Positions 32,747 through 42,884 of a stretch of DNA of 64,000 nt are shown here, in pieces; the first letter of the stretch is position 1; each line of letters starts with the position of its first letter. A program made the translations under genes and the position numbers. This DNA is from an uncultured delta proteobacterium (GTDB taxonomy: Bacteria; Myxococcota_A; Polyangia; Polyangiales; Polyangiaceae): NCBI GenBank assembly GCA_963782055.1, contig CAWAIF010000003.1, forward strand, positions 1,184,001-1,248,000. Direction: 5' to 3'. A model generated the notes under the pieces. That model was not told the origin of the DNA. It saw only the letters and a list, made by a program, of their open reading frames with translations, and did no database searches.

Positions 32747-34405
32747 ATGAGCTCCACAGGTCAGACCCTCGGAGGCCGCTACCGGCTCGGCGCCCGTCTC
32801 GGGCAGGGCGGGATGGGCACGGTCTACGAGGCCACGCAGGAGGACCTCGGCCGCCGCGTGGCGGTGAAGGTGCTCGACGAGCGCCTGGCGGAGGACCACG
32901 CGCAGATCGAGCGCTTCCGCCGCGAGGCGCTGGCCGCCGCCGCGCTGGGCCACCCCAACATCGTGGCGGTGACCGACTTCGGGTGGGATCCGCCGGAGCC
33001 GCCGTTCCTGGTCATGGAATACTTGACGGGTCAATCGCTTGCCCGCCTGCTGGAGGTGGAGGGCTCGCTGCCGCCGGAGCGCGTCGCCTTCATCCTGGCG
33101 CAGGTGCTCTCGGCGCTCGCGGCGGCGCACGCGGAGGGCATGGTCCACCGCGACGTCAAGCCGGACAACGTCTTCCTGGTGAGCGGCGCGCCGGTCCCGG
33201 ACTTCGTGAAGGTGCTGGACTTCGGCATCGCCAAGCTGGGCGCGCAGTCCGCCGCCGGCGCGCGCCTCACCAGCACCGGCGCGATGCTCGGCACGCCCGC
33301 GTACATGGCGCCGGAGCAGGCGCGCGGCGCGGACGTGGACGCGCGCGCGGACATCTACGCCGTCGGCGCGACGCTCTACCAGGCGCTGTCCGGCCGGCTG
33401 CCCTTCGAGGAGCCCAGCCTGCAGGCGATGCTCTTCGCCATCGTCGAGAAGACGCCGCCCTCGCTGGCGGAGGTGCGGCCAGACCTGCCGCCGGAGCTCG
33501 TCGCGGTGGTGGACAGGGCGATGGCGAAGGACCGCGCAGGGCGCTACTCGTCGGCGGAGGAGATGCGCGCCGCGCTCGCGCCGTGGGCGCCGGTCGCGGC
33601 GACGCAGACCGCCGCCGGGCTCGCCCCCGACGTCGCGGTGAACGCGCCGACGATGGCCGTCGCCGGGGCGACGCCCGCGCCCGCCTCGCCGGTCGTGGTG
33701 CGCAGCAACCCGAAGGCACCCGTCAGCGCGCAGCCGACGCCGGTGGCCTCCTCCGCCTCGTCGCCGCCGTCGCGCGGCCGCAGCTCGGCGGCGACGATCG
33801 TGCTGGGCATCGTGGCCGGTCTGGTGGCGATCACCGCCATCGTGATGGGTAGTTTGGTGATGATGGCGCGCGCGAGGAACGCGCGCGACGCGGCGGAGGA
33901 CTCGGTGCGTCCGGAGCGCGAGGTGACGAGCGCGGCCTCGGCCTCGGCGACAATCGCGACGGTCGCGCCGTCCGCGTCGGCGGTGCCCTCGGCGATCGAC
34001 TCCGCGCCGAGCGCGACGGCGTCCTCGGCGCCCCCCCCGCGTCCGCGTCCGAAGGTGTACGGCGGCAAGACGGCGTTCATGTCCTCCACCAACTTCGGCG
34101 ACTGCCCGGGCTGCGGGTGGAAGGCCTACCGCGACGCCGTCCAGGGGAAGGTCGCGGCGATCGACGCCTGCTTCGCCGCCTCGGTCCACGAGCCGCCGGT
34201 GCACGAGTACCCGCAGTACAAGGTCAGCGTGGCCGCCGACGGGACCATCCAGGACGTCCAGCCGCTGGGCGGCGACAGCGCGCCGGGGCTCGACCGCTGT
34301 CTGGGCGCGCTCCTGCGCCACACGCCGCTCTCCAAGTCGACGGGCGGCGCGGGGAGCTTCAGCGTCGGCTTCACCGGGCGCTGCCGCACCTTCGAGTGCA
34401 GGTAG
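32747..34405 (+). CDS. Ser/Thr protein kinase with TM segment and extracytoplasmic Cys-containing domain
   Basis: LGQGGMGTVY, HRDVKPDN, DFG and GTPAYMAPEQ; TM segment followed by a C-terminal domain. Confidence 0.93.
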   Translation: MSSTGQTLGGRYRLGARLGQGGMGTVYEATQEDLGRRVAVKVLDERLAEDHAQIERFRREALAAAALGHPNIVAVTDFGWDPPEPPFLVMEYLTGQSLARLLEVEGSLPPERVAFILAQVLSALAAAHAEGMVHRDVKPDNVFLVSGAPVPDFVKVLDFGIAKLGAQSAAGARLTSTGAMLGTPAYMAPEQARGADVDARADIYAVGATLYQALSGRLPFEEPSLQAMLFAIVEKTPPSLAEVRPDLPPELVAVVDRAMAKDRAGRYSSAEEMRAALAPWAPVAATQTAAGLAPDVAVNAPTMAVAGATPAPASPVVVRSNPKAPVSAQPTPVASSASSPPSRGRSSAATIVLGIVAGLVAITAIVMGSLVMMARARNARDAAEDSVRPEREVTSAASASATIATVAPSASAVPSAIDSAPSATASSAPPPRPRPKVYGGKTAFMSSTNFGDCPGCGWKAYRDAVQGKVAAIDACFAASVHEPPVHEYPQYKVSVAADGTIQDVQPLGGDSAPGLDRCLGALLRHTPLSKSTGGAGSFSVGFTGRCRTFECR

Positions 34406-35941
34406 CTAGCGCCGGCGTCGCCGCAGGATGCGGCCGAGGCCGAGGAAGGTGAGCCCCATCAGCCCGAGCGCGCCGTAGAGGCGTCGCCCGGTCGGGGCGC
34501 TGGAGCAGCCCTCGCCCAGCTTGTCCGGCGGGGCGTCGGCGTACTTGGTTGCATAGTGCACGTTGCTCTCCGGTACCTGCGAGACGGTGGGCTCCAGCCG
34601 CAGGTCGGTGTCGAGCGCCGAGGCCGGGAGGTTCGCGCGCAGGCGGGTGAGCCACACGTTGCCCTGGTGCAGGCCGCGCAGCGCCACGTCCAGGTCGTCG
34701 AAGGAGGCGCAGGCGTTGGCCGGCGGCGGGTTCACGCCCGCGTCGTCGGTCGCGCCGCCATCGTCGCCCGCGTCGTCGGTCGCGCCGCCATCGTCGGTCG
34801 CGCCGCCGTCGTCGGGGACCGGCCCGGCGTCGGTGCTGGTGGGACCGCCATCGCTGAACACCGGGCCCGCGTCGCCGGTGTCGGTCTGTCCCGCGTCGCT
34901 GGTCGGCGCGCCCGCGTCGGAGCGCGGGCACGGGTCGCCCGGCAGGTCCCCGCCAGACGAGTTTCCCCCGCCGGAGGACGACGGGTACCGGCACAGCCCC
35001 TCGTACACGTCGAAGAGCCCGGGGTTGCCGCCGTAGGTGGTCTGGTAGCTGGGGTTGTAGTAACCGGTGCCGCTCGTCTGCGGCTGGTCCGCGTACTCGG
35101 TCAGCCAGGAGAGCCCGCCCGCCTCCGCCATCGCCGCGGCGGCGAGGTCCTGGTAGTTGGAGCGGTTCTGGTAACGGTCCCAGCGCAGCTTGGTGTAGTC
35201 GATCGTCGCGTCGGGGAAGTTCTGCGGGTGGTAGCGCCCCTCGCTGATGACGAAGAGCGTGATGCCCACGTACGCGCCCACGCCCGCGGCCACCATGCGC
35301 AGCGGCAGCGTCGCGTCGGCGCCGGGCGTGACGACGCGGACCGGCTGCATCGAGCGCTCGTCGCAGCTCGGGAGCAGCCGCAGCGCGATGAAGTCGAAGT
35401 GCTCCTGCACGTAAGCGGCGATCGTCGGCTGGATCGCCGTCGGGATGGCGTAGCCGTGCCCGGTGAGCCACTGCGTGAGCGCGTCTGGATTGGTGGAGCG
35501 GAGCGTCACCGTCTCGTACGGGCCGACGACGCTGTCGTTGATGACCTGCACCCCGCCGCCGGGCGAGCCGCTCGCGCTGCTCGTCGCGCCGCACCCGGCG
35601 AGCGCGCAGCCCGCCCCGGAGGCGGGCGTGGGCCCGTAGATGATGGGCTGCGTGCTCGCGTCGAGCGCCGCGAACCACTCGTTGTGCGACAGCTCCAGCT
35701 TCGCGCCCTCCCGCACCGGTAGCACCCACGCGAACTCGCTGGGGTTGCCGGAGTAGGTGATCTGGTCCCACAGCACCGTCTGCTGCGTGGACACCGAGAG
35801 CGCCATGCGGTGGTCGGTCACCACCGTGCGCTCGCTGGGTGGGGCGAAGCACCCGCCGCATGCGCGCGCGTCGCGCTGGAAGGCGCACAGAACGACCGCG
35901 CCGGAGAGTCCAAGCCAAGGAAGGAAGGAAGAAAAGCGCAT
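34406..35941 (-). CDS. DUF2330-domain protein with MYXO-CTERM-like C-terminal anchor
   Basis: ACGGCF, FAWVLPV, GPYETVTL..WLTGHGY and LPLRMVAAG; acidic DDGGAT repeats; tail GCSSA..hydrophobic..RRRRR. Confidence 0.85.
   Translation of the reverse strand: MRFSSFLPWLGLSGAVVLCAFQRDARACGGCFAPPSERTVVTDHRMALSVSTQQTVLWDQITYSGNPSEFAWVLPVREGAKLELSHNEWFAALDASTQPIIYGPTPASGAGCALAGCGATSSASGSPGGGVQVINDSVVGPYETVTLRSTNPDALTQWLTGHGYAIPTAIQPTIAAYVQEHFDFIALRLLPSCDERSMQPVRVVTPGADATLPLRMVAAGVGAYVGITLFVISEGRYHPQNFPDATIDYTKLRWDRYQNRSNYQDLAAAAMAEAGGLSWLTEYADQPQTSGTGYYNPSYQTTYGGNPGLFDVYEGLCRYPSSSGGGNSSGGDLPGDPCPRSDAGAPTSDAGQTDTGDAGPVFSDGGPTSTDAGPVPDDGGATDDGGATDDAGDDGGATDDAGVNPPPANACASFDDLDVALRGLHQGNVWLTRLRANLPASALDTDLRLEPTVSQVPESNVHYATKYADAPPDKLGEGCSSAPTGRRLYGALGLMGLTFLGLGRILRRRRR
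34736..34795. repeat. Coding 30-bp tandem repeat x2 (DDGGATDDAG linker)
   Basis: GCCCGCGTCGTCGGTCGCGCCGCCATCGTC occurs twice, followed by a partial unit. Confidence 0.8.
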
Positions 35942-36022
35942 ACGAGTACCTCCGAGCCCCACGCCGCCGCCGCCGAGGGGCGGAGACGGGAGCTCACCGC
36001 GAAACGAAGGAAAAGGACGAGA

Positions 36023-36553
36023 TCAGAGCGAGAGAGCGCCGAAGCTGGCGGTCTCCCCGGTGGCTGTGTCGGTGAGGCGCAGCCGCGAGGCCGCGCCCGC
36101 GTCGCCGGCGGAGGCCCCGGCGAGCGTCGCCGTGTAGGTGGTGGACGAGCCGTAGGCGTCGGACAGGACGATCTGGAAGGCGTAGGGGTCGTTCGGGTCG
36201 AGCTTCACCGCGAACGTGCGCGTGTAGGCGGAGCCAGCGCCGCGCTTCAGGCTGCCGTCGGGCGTCGACACGAGCAGGTAGGCGAGCTTGCCGGTGAACT
36301 CCACGCCCACCGCGTCGTCCGGGATGTCTGTGAGCAGCCCCGAGCAGCGGACCCACTGCAGGCCGCTCAGGTCCTCGTACACGAGCGTGGTGGCGCCGGC
36401 GTCGGCCGCGGCGAACTGGGTGGCGCTGTTGTCCGGGCCGCTGCACGCGGCGGTCTGGGTCGTGGCCGGCTGGATGGCGGAGGCGCCGGAGACCGAGCAG
36501 CCGGCGGCGAGGAGCGCGCCGGCGAGGAACGTGACGTGGGTGGACAGTCGCAT
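36023..36553 (-). CDS. Hypothetical lipoprotein
   Basis: MRLSTHVTFLAGALLAAGC lipobox. Confidence 0.7.
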   Translation of the reverse strand: MRLSTHVTFLAGALLAAGCSVSGASAIQPATTQTAACSGPDNSATQFAAADAGATTLVYEDLSGLQWVRCSGLLTDIPDDAVGVEFTGKLAYLLVSTPDGSLKRGAGSAYTRTFAVKLDPNDPYAFQIVLSDAYGSSTTYTATLAGASAGDAGAASRLRLTDTATGETASFGALSL

Positions 36554-36684
36554 GGATGGGGCACCGGGGGTCCCTGCAGCGGCCGAGCCTGACAGTGATG
36601 TCACGGGCGCCCGCCGCGGGAAGCGCGAGAATCAGGGCTTTCTCGCGGGTTCGTGGGTCGCAACCGCGTCCCGTCCCTTCCCAT

Positions 36685-36700
36685 CGCAACTCGTGTGCCG
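36685..36700 (-). promoter_or_regulatory. Candidate sigma-54 -24/-12 promoter
   Basis: Minus strand CGGCAC-ACGAG-TTGCG, about 130 bp upstream of ATG 36553. Confidence 0.5.
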
Positions 36701-36816
36701 GAACGCCGCGCCCGGGGCCGCGTCGCTCGCCGGAGCGCCGGACAGACCCCGCCCATCCCCCCGCCCAGCCCTACACGCCCACACGCGGTGCACACACCTC
36801 CGCCCCTCTGGGGGCG

Positions 36817-38274
36817 TCACTCGCGCATGTGCTTGCGGATCTTCCCGAGCGCCTGCTCCTGGAGCTGGCGGATCCGCTCGCGCGACAGGTTGTACTTGTC
36901 GCCGATCTCCTTGAGGGTGAGCTCGTCCTCGTCGTCCAGGCCGAAGCGCCAGCGGATGATGCGCGACTCGATCGGCGTGAGGGTGCCGAGCAGGCGCCGT
37001 ACCTCGTCGCCCCACTTCTGCGAGACGAGGTTCTCGTAAGGGGAGACGCCGTTGTCGTCCTGGAGGAAGTCGATGAACTTGCGGCCGTCCTCGTCGCCGA
37101 CGGGGCGATCGAGGGAGAAGGGCGTCTCCGCCCAGGCGCCCTTGACCTTGTCCAGCTTCTCCTGCGGGATGCCGGTCTCGTGCTCGAGCTCCTCGAGCGT
37201 GGGCTCGCGGCCGGTGCGCGCGATGACCGACGCGGTGGCGCGGGCCACGCGGTTGTGCGTGTCCAGCATGTGGACCGGGATGCGCACCGCGCGCCCCTTG
37301 TCCGCCAGGGCGCGGCTGATGGCGTGGCGGATCCACCACGACGCGTACGTGGAGAAGCGGTAGCCGCGCGCGTGATCGAAGCGCTCCACCGCCTTCATCA
37401 GGCCGATGTTGCCCTCCTGAATGAGGTCGATCAGCGGGAGGCGGCCGCGGTTGTAGCGGCGAGCGATGGAGACGACGAGGCGCAGGTTGGCCTTCACGAA
37501 CCTGTTCTTCACCCGGCGGGATTTGGCCGCCGCGGCGCTGATGCGGTCCACGAAGCGGCGGAACTCGCGCGTGACGTTCAGCTTGGGCTCGAGGTGGCGG
37601 CTGACGTGGACGTCGGAGTCGGGGAGGGGCACGTCGTCCAGGTCCGGGAGCTCGACGAGGCCACGGGCGACCTGCTCGGCGTGCGCGATCCACAGCCGAT
37701 CGCTGTCGGCCAGGCGGATGGCGCGGGCGAGCGAGTCGGTGGTCGCGGCCCAGCGCTTCTCCTGGGGGGCGGTGAGCTTCATCCGCGCCTTGCGCGCGGT
37801 CTTGATGAGCTTGTGCAGGTCGGCGAGCTGCGGGAGCGTGAGCGCCTCCTCGCCAACGGGCAGATCCCGCTCCAGGGACTCCAGCACGTACTCGGCGGCG
37901 GGCATGTACGAGAAGATGGCCATCCAGTGGCCGACCTCCGCGCGCTCCACCTCGATGGCGGTCTTCAGCTCCTCTTCCTGCCCCATGACCGAGTGCGTCG
38001 CCATCTCGCGGAAGTAGCGCGCGAGCATGGAGTCGCCGCCGCTCTCCTCGATCTCCCGGTCGCGGATGGGCTCCTTGGCGGGAGGCGTGCTCGGCGACGG
38101 CGAGGAGGACTCGGAGGCATCCGCCTCGACGTCTTCGTGGAGGGAAGAGGTGGAGGCGAGCTCCGGCGTGGCGCTCGAGACGGGCTCCTCGGTGTCGTCG
38201 GCGGGCTGCGGCGCAGCGGCCAGGCGCGTGGTCTGGAGCTCGTTCTTGCGGGCGGCGTTGCTTCGTTTCGTCAT
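36817..38274 (-). CDS. RNA polymerase sigma-70 factor, RpoD-like paralogue (group 2-like); start could lie further upstream
   Basis: Region 1.2 YFREMA; region 2 [30 protein letters not shown] and [16 protein letters not shown]; region 4 [22 protein letters not shown] before 38274. Confidence 0.93.
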   Translation of the reverse strand: MTKRSNAARKNELQTTRLAAAPQPADDTEEPVSSATPELASTSSLHEDVEADASESSSPSPSTPPAKEPIRDREIEESGGDSMLARYFREMATHSVMGQEEELKTAIEVERAEVGHWMAIFSYMPAAEYVLESLERDLPVGEEALTLPQLADLHKLIKTARKARMKLTAPQEKRWAATTDSLARAIRLADSDRLWIAHAEQVARGLVELPDLDDVPLPDSDVHVSRHLEPKLNVTREFRRFVDRISAAAAKSRRVKNRFVKANLRLVVSIARRYNRGRLPLIDLIQEGNIGLMKAVERFDHARGYRFSTYASWWIRHAISRALADKGRAVRIPVHMLDTHNRVARATASVIARTGREPTLEELEHETGIPQEKLDKVKGAWAETPFSLDRPVGDEDGRKFIDFLQDDNGVSPYENLVSQKWGDEVRRLLGTLTPIESRIIRWRFGLDDEDELTLKEIGDKYNLSRERIRQLQEQALGKIRKHMRE

Positions 38275-38720
38275 GGGGTCCTCGTGGCCAAGCGGAGCGG
38301 AAGAAGGAAGCGGTTTCGAAACATCGTTGGATGCCGCGGGGGCCCGGGGGCTCGCGCCGAGCTTTTTGGGCAACGGAGGGGTGGGGGCCCTCATTCCTTC
38401 AGACGTGCGACGGGTGCGTGCTTTGACAATCGGCTTCGCTGCGCTAAGAACGGACGAGCCGTGCCGCTCCGCGCGGACGCGCTTCGGCTGGGCGCGCGCC
38501 GGGCGGGAAGACGCAGGGGTCATGGGTGAACGAGATGCAAATTTCGTTCCGGATTGTAGGTTCTTGCGCGGGCTCGTATTGGATGCAGTGACCTTGCTCA
38601 TGGATGGGTGCTGCGTTCTCTCTTCCGTGATGCGGCGCCGTGAACCGACGTTCGCCCTCAAGTCAACGTAAGGACGATTTGCGCACCGTGCACGGCCGTG
38701 CCTCTCTTTCCACCTTCTAC

Positions 38721-40442
38721 GTGGATGCGGTGCGGAGGGTTTTCCTCTCGCCTGCTCGGGGGGGCTTTTTCCTGGCGGGGGCGGCCGCTTCGGGCCTCGG
38801 CCATGCCGGTCTCGCCGCGGCGGCGGCGGCCTGTGCGCAGGCGCTGGCGGGGGTGAGGCCAGGCTGGATCGGCGGGATGGCGCTGCCCACGTCGCCCGGC
38901 CGGCTGGCGGTCACGCTGGCGGCGGCGGGGCTCGGAGCCGCGGTGCTGAAGGCCGCAGGCGGGGTGGTGACGGCGCGCGAGCAGGCGCGGATGGCCGGGG
39001 AGGTGGGGTGCCAGCTGCGGCTCGGCCTCCTGGACGGCTGGATCGCCATGCACGGCGTGGCCCATCCGCGACATCCGGATCATGGACCGTCAACGATTCT
39101 GGCGGACCCGGTGTCCGCGCGAGCGCGGGGCGTGGCGGCGCTCACCCAGGATGCGCGCGAGGTGGAGGGCGGCTTCTCGGCGGCGCTTTCGGCGGTCCGT
39201 GCGGTGATGCAAATCGTGCCGCTCGCGCTGCTCGCCGCTGCTGCGGGGTGGCGGATGCTCGTCTTTGCGGCCGTGGTGATGGTGCCCTTCGGCGTGCTGC
39301 TCGGGCGTGTGCGGCGTCGCGTGGCCCGCGCGCACGCCGCGTCGCTCGCGCGCGGTCGCTCGCTGCTCGAGGCGGCCGACGAGACCGTACGCCACGCCGA
39401 CCTGTGGGCGACGTACGGCGCGGAGCGCAGGGTGCGCGGGCGGGTAGCCGCGCTGGGGCAATCGTTGACACGTCAATCCATGCGCGCGGCCGCGGGCGGC
39501 GCCGCGCTCAGCGGCGGCAACGAGGTGCTCGGCGCGGTGGGGCTGCTGGCGGTGGTGCTCGCCGCGGGGGCGGGGTGGCTGGGTCCGGGCGGCGCGGGTG
39601 ACCACCTCCTGCCCTTCGCCGTCGCCTTCTTCATGGCATACCGCCCGGTACGCGATCTGGGCGACGCGCGCGTGGGGCTCGCCCGGGCGGAGGCGGCCTT
39701 CGAGGGGCTGGCTCCGGTGGTGGAGGTGGGCGTGCGGGTGGAGGCGGCGGAGGAGGAAGCCGCCGGTTGGCCCGCGGCGACGCTCGAGCTGCGCGCGCTG
39801 CGGCTCGCGCACGGCGCGCTCGGGCCGCTCGACCTGCGTGTGGAGCCCGGATCGGTGGTGGCGCTCGTCGGGCCAACCGGCGCGGGCAAGACGACGCTGC
39901 TGCGGACCTTGCTCGGCCTCGAGGCCCCGCGAGGCGGGGAGGTGCGCTACGGCGCCACGCCCCTCGACGCGGGCGTCGGGCCGGCGGCCCGGCCCTTCGC
40001 GTGGGTGCCTCAGGACGCGCCGGTGGTCGCCGGGACGCTGACGGAGAACGTCGCCCTGGCCGAGGGTGTGGGGGACGCGGCCCGCACCGAGGCGGCGCTG
40101 GACGCGCTCGGCGCCGGCGAGCTGGCGGCGCGGGTGGGGAACGCGCGGCTCGGCGGCGTGGAGAGGGCGGTGTCCGGCGGCGAGCGGCAGTGGATCGCGC
40201 TGGCCCGGGCGCTGGCGACGCGCCGGCCGGTGCTGCTGCTGGACGAGCCCACGAGCGGGCTGGACGCCGGCGCGCAGGCGGAGGTGCTGGAGGCGATCGC
40301 CCGGCTGCGCGGGCGGCGGACGGTGATCCTGGTCACGCATCGCCTGGAGCCGCTGGCGGTGGCGGACCGGGTGATCCGGCTGGCAGGGGCGGAGGCGCCC
40401 GTGGTGGCGGTGGCGCCGGACGAGCGCTCGTTAGCCTGCTGA
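38721..40442 (+). CDS. ABC transporter fused permease/ATP-binding protein
   Basis: N-terminal hydrophobic domain; [21 protein letters not shown] and VTHR. Confidence 0.88.
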   Translation: MDAVRRVFLSPARGGFFLAGAAASGLGHAGLAAAAAACAQALAGVRPGWIGGMALPTSPGRLAVTLAAAGLGAAVLKAAGGVVTAREQARMAGEVGCQLRLGLLDGWIAMHGVAHPRHPDHGPSTILADPVSARARGVAALTQDAREVEGGFSAALSAVRAVMQIVPLALLAAAAGWRMLVFAAVVMVPFGVLLGRVRRRVARAHAASLARGRSLLEAADETVRHADLWATYGAERRVRGRVAALGQSLTRQSMRAAAGGAALSGGNEVLGAVGLLAVVLAAGAGWLGPGGAGDHLLPFAVAFFMAYRPVRDLGDARVGLARAEAAFEGLAPVVEVGVRVEAAEEEAAGWPAATLELRALRLAHGALGPLDLRVEPGSVVALVGPTGAGKTTLLRTLLGLEAPRGGEVRYGATPLDAGVGPAARPFAWVPQDAPVVAGTLTENVALAEGVGDAARTEAALDALGAGELAARVGNARLGGVERAVSGGERQWIALARALATRRPVLLLDEPTSGLDAGAQAEVLEAIARLRGRRTVILVTHRLEPLAVADRVIRLAGAEAPVVAVAPDERSLAC

Positions 40443-40449
40443 CGGTCGC

Positions 40450-41394
40450 TCACGCAGAGAGCACGCGCAGGAGGGGGCCGGGGGCGAGGCGCACCTCCGA
40501 TGTCCGGAACACCTCCCCGTCCAGCACGTAGGCATCCTCGGCGGCGAAGCGCACGGTCACCTCCCGCGCGAGGGTGTCGACGTGGTGCTTGCCGCGCAGC
40601 CGCTTGCCGGCGAGCACCAGCGGCATCTGCGGGCCCAGCCGACGCGCCCCGAGCGGGCTGGCCACGAAGTGGATGCGCTCCGGGTCCTCCGCCGCGCGGT
40701 AGAGGACGTGCATGTGCAGGCCGAGATCGCGCACGACGCTCGAAGCCATGAGGCTGAAGCCGCGCGCCTGCTGCGCGACGCCGTCGACGTGCACCTCGCA
40801 CGGCACCGGCGTGAGCACGCGGCGCGCGACGGCGCCGCCGAAGGGCGACTCGACGAAGATGCGCGCGACGATGCCGGCGGCCGCGATGTAGCCCGCGCGC
40901 GGCCGCGCGTAGTAGGCGTCGAAGAAGCGCGCGACCAGGCCGGCACCCCAGATGAAGCCCACCCGGTCCCCGCCGCGCTCGTCGCGCACCCTGAGGGTGG
41001 GCCGGGAGACGGCGCGGGCGGTGCCCGCACCGACCGCCGCGACGAGCGCGCGCGCGTAGGGCGCGAGCGGTCCGTGTAGCCCCCAGTTGCGCGCGGTGGT
41101 GCTCACGGTGCCGCCCGGCGCGAGGGCGACGGGGGGCAAGGGCAGGGCGCGCGCCCCGAAGCTGGCCACGAGCGCGGTGACGCCGGCCATGTACGTGCCG
41201 TCGCCGCCGGCGAGCACCACCGCGCGCCCGCCCTCCCGCGCGATGGTCGCGGCGATGTCGTCCAGCTCGTCGAGCGACCGGGTCTCGTGCACCGTGGCCG
41301 CGGGCGCACGACGCAGCGCGGACAGAAGAGGGCCCTCGAGACGCAGATGCCGCGCCTGCCGGTTGATGATGACGTGGACGGGGCCCTCTCCCAT
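40450..41394 (-). CDS. Diacylglycerol kinase family lipid kinase
   Basis: VIIN, AGGDGT, PGGTVS and LDGE. Confidence 0.85.
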   Translation of the reverse strand: MGEGPVHVIINRQARHLRLEGPLLSALRRAPAATVHETRSLDELDDIAATIAREGGRAVVLAGGDGTYMAGVTALVASFGARALPLPPVALAPGGTVSTTARNWGLHGPLAPYARALVAAVGAGTARAVSRPTLRVRDERGGDRVGFIWGAGLVARFFDAYYARPRAGYIAAAGIVARIFVESPFGGAVARRVLTPVPCEVHVDGVAQQARGFSLMASSVVRDLGLHMHVLYRAAEDPERIHFVASPLGARRLGPQMPLVLAGKRLRGKHHVDTLAREVTVRFAAEDAYVLDGEVFRTSEVRLAPGPLLRVLSA

Positions 41395-41445
41395 CGCTCG
41401 GGCTGGCGAGTAGCACGGCGCAGGGAAACGGGCTACTTGAGGGGC

Positions 41446-42750
41446 ATGCGCCGCCTCGACGCGCTCCTGCTCTCGCTGGTCCTCGCCGGCTGCGCGGCAT
41501 CGCCCGCCGTCACCGCCGCGCGCAACGGTGACGTCGGCGCCCTGCGCGCCGCGATGGCGCCCGCCCTGCGCGAAGGCAAGCTGGACGACGCCGAGGCCGC
41601 GCGCATCGCCGCCGCGGTCGCGGACCACGAGCTCGCCTCGGCGCGCGGCGACGACGCGGTGGCGCGCGTGCTCGACGTCCGCCCCTGCGCCGACGCGCTC
41701 GAGGACGCGCTGCGCGAGCGCGCGGCCATGCACGACGAGGCGGGCGCCGCGGCGACGCTCGCCCTGCTGGAGGCCGGTCTGCTGTCACCCGCCGACGCGC
41801 GACAGCACCTGAACGACCCGGCCGACGCATGGCGCGCCGTGGGCGCCCGCGGGCTGGTGCGCCCCGAGGATCGCGAGGCACGGCAGCACGCGCTGGTGGA
41901 CGCGAGCGTGGCGGTGCGGCGTGCCGCCATGCGCGCGTGCGGCGTCGCGAAGGACCCTGCCGACGTCGGTCCTCTCCTGGAGATCGCGCGGCTGGATCCC
42001 ATCCCCATGGCCCGGACCGAGGCCGTGCGCGCCATCGCGCGGATCGACCCGCGCGACCTGGACCTGCCCAATCGCCTGCGCGACCTCTGGAACGGCGCCG
42101 ATGACCCCCTGCGGGAGGACATCGCCGCCGCGTACGCCGCGCCGAACATCGCCGCCTCCGGTGGCGCCGGCGCCATCCGCGTGCTCGTCGCCTCCGGGCA
42201 CGGCCCCGGGGTGGTCTCCTCTGCCGCCGAGGTGCTGCGCCCCGCGCGGCCGGGTGGTCCGGTCTACGACGAGGAGACGCGCCAGAGCGCCATCGCACTC
42301 CTGGTGCGATCCATCGAGGCCGGCCCGCAGCGCGACCGCATCCTCGCCATCGCCGTCGCGCCCATCCGGGATCCGGACGTGCTCGCCGCCGTCCAGAAGG
42401 CGTCGCACGCCGAGGGCGATGCCGACGTGGTGATGTCCGCCCTGTCCCGTCTGCTGGACGTGCCCGCCCAGCGCGAGGCGGCGAAGCGCGCGCTCTACGC
42501 CTACGCCGCGCCCGGGCAGCGCGGTCCGGTGGGCCAGCGAGCGCGGCTCGCCCTGGCGCAGGCGGGGGATCGGCGCATCCAGGCCTGGATCGAGCAAGAT
42601 CTCAGCTCCCCCGCGCCGAGCGCCCGGCTCCTGGCGGCCAACGCGCTCGTCTCTCTCGACCGCGCCGCCCGCGCCGCCCCCCTGCTGGGCGATGCGGACG
42701 TCCGGGTCCGCACCCGGGCGGCGTGCACCATCCTGCAGGCCGTCCGGTAG
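41446..42750 (+). CDS. HEAT-repeat lipoprotein
   Basis: Lipobox LAGC; repeats DASVAVRRAA, DPIPMARTEA and DADVRVRTRAA. Confidence 0.82.
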   Translation: MRRLDALLLSLVLAGCAASPAVTAARNGDVGALRAAMAPALREGKLDDAEAARIAAAVADHELASARGDDAVARVLDVRPCADALEDALRERAAMHDEAGAAATLALLEAGLLSPADARQHLNDPADAWRAVGARGLVRPEDREARQHALVDASVAVRRAAMRACGVAKDPADVGPLLEIARLDPIPMARTEAVRAIARIDPRDLDLPNRLRDLWNGADDPLREDIAAAYAAPNIAASGGAGAIRVLVASGHGPGVVSSAAEVLRPARPGGPVYDEETRQSAIALLVRSIEAGPQRDRILAIAVAPIRDPDVLAAVQKASHAEGDADVVMSALSRLLDVPAQREAAKRALYAYAAPGQRGPVGQRARLALAQAGDRRIQAWIEQDLSSPAPSARLLAANALVSLDRAARAAPLLGDADVRVRTRAACTILQAVR

Positions 42751-42884
42751 CCCGCGCCGCGGTCCTGCCCCGGACGGCGGATCGCCAGCATGCTTGCAAT
42801 CCTCGCCCGGGAGCGGCGAATCGGTGGCGGGGGGCCACGTCGCGCGTTGACACGGCTGGGCCGGGCTCGTTACATGCCCCGACC

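Noticed and set aside
29377..32757. 1110-aa and 1005-aa overlapping ORFs
   Set aside because: Each is a real gene (dacB or the SBP) plus antisense read-through of the other.
42847..42876. TTGACA upstream of tatT as a sigma-70 promoter
   Set aside because: No TAnnnT at 16-18 bp spacing, so not supportable.
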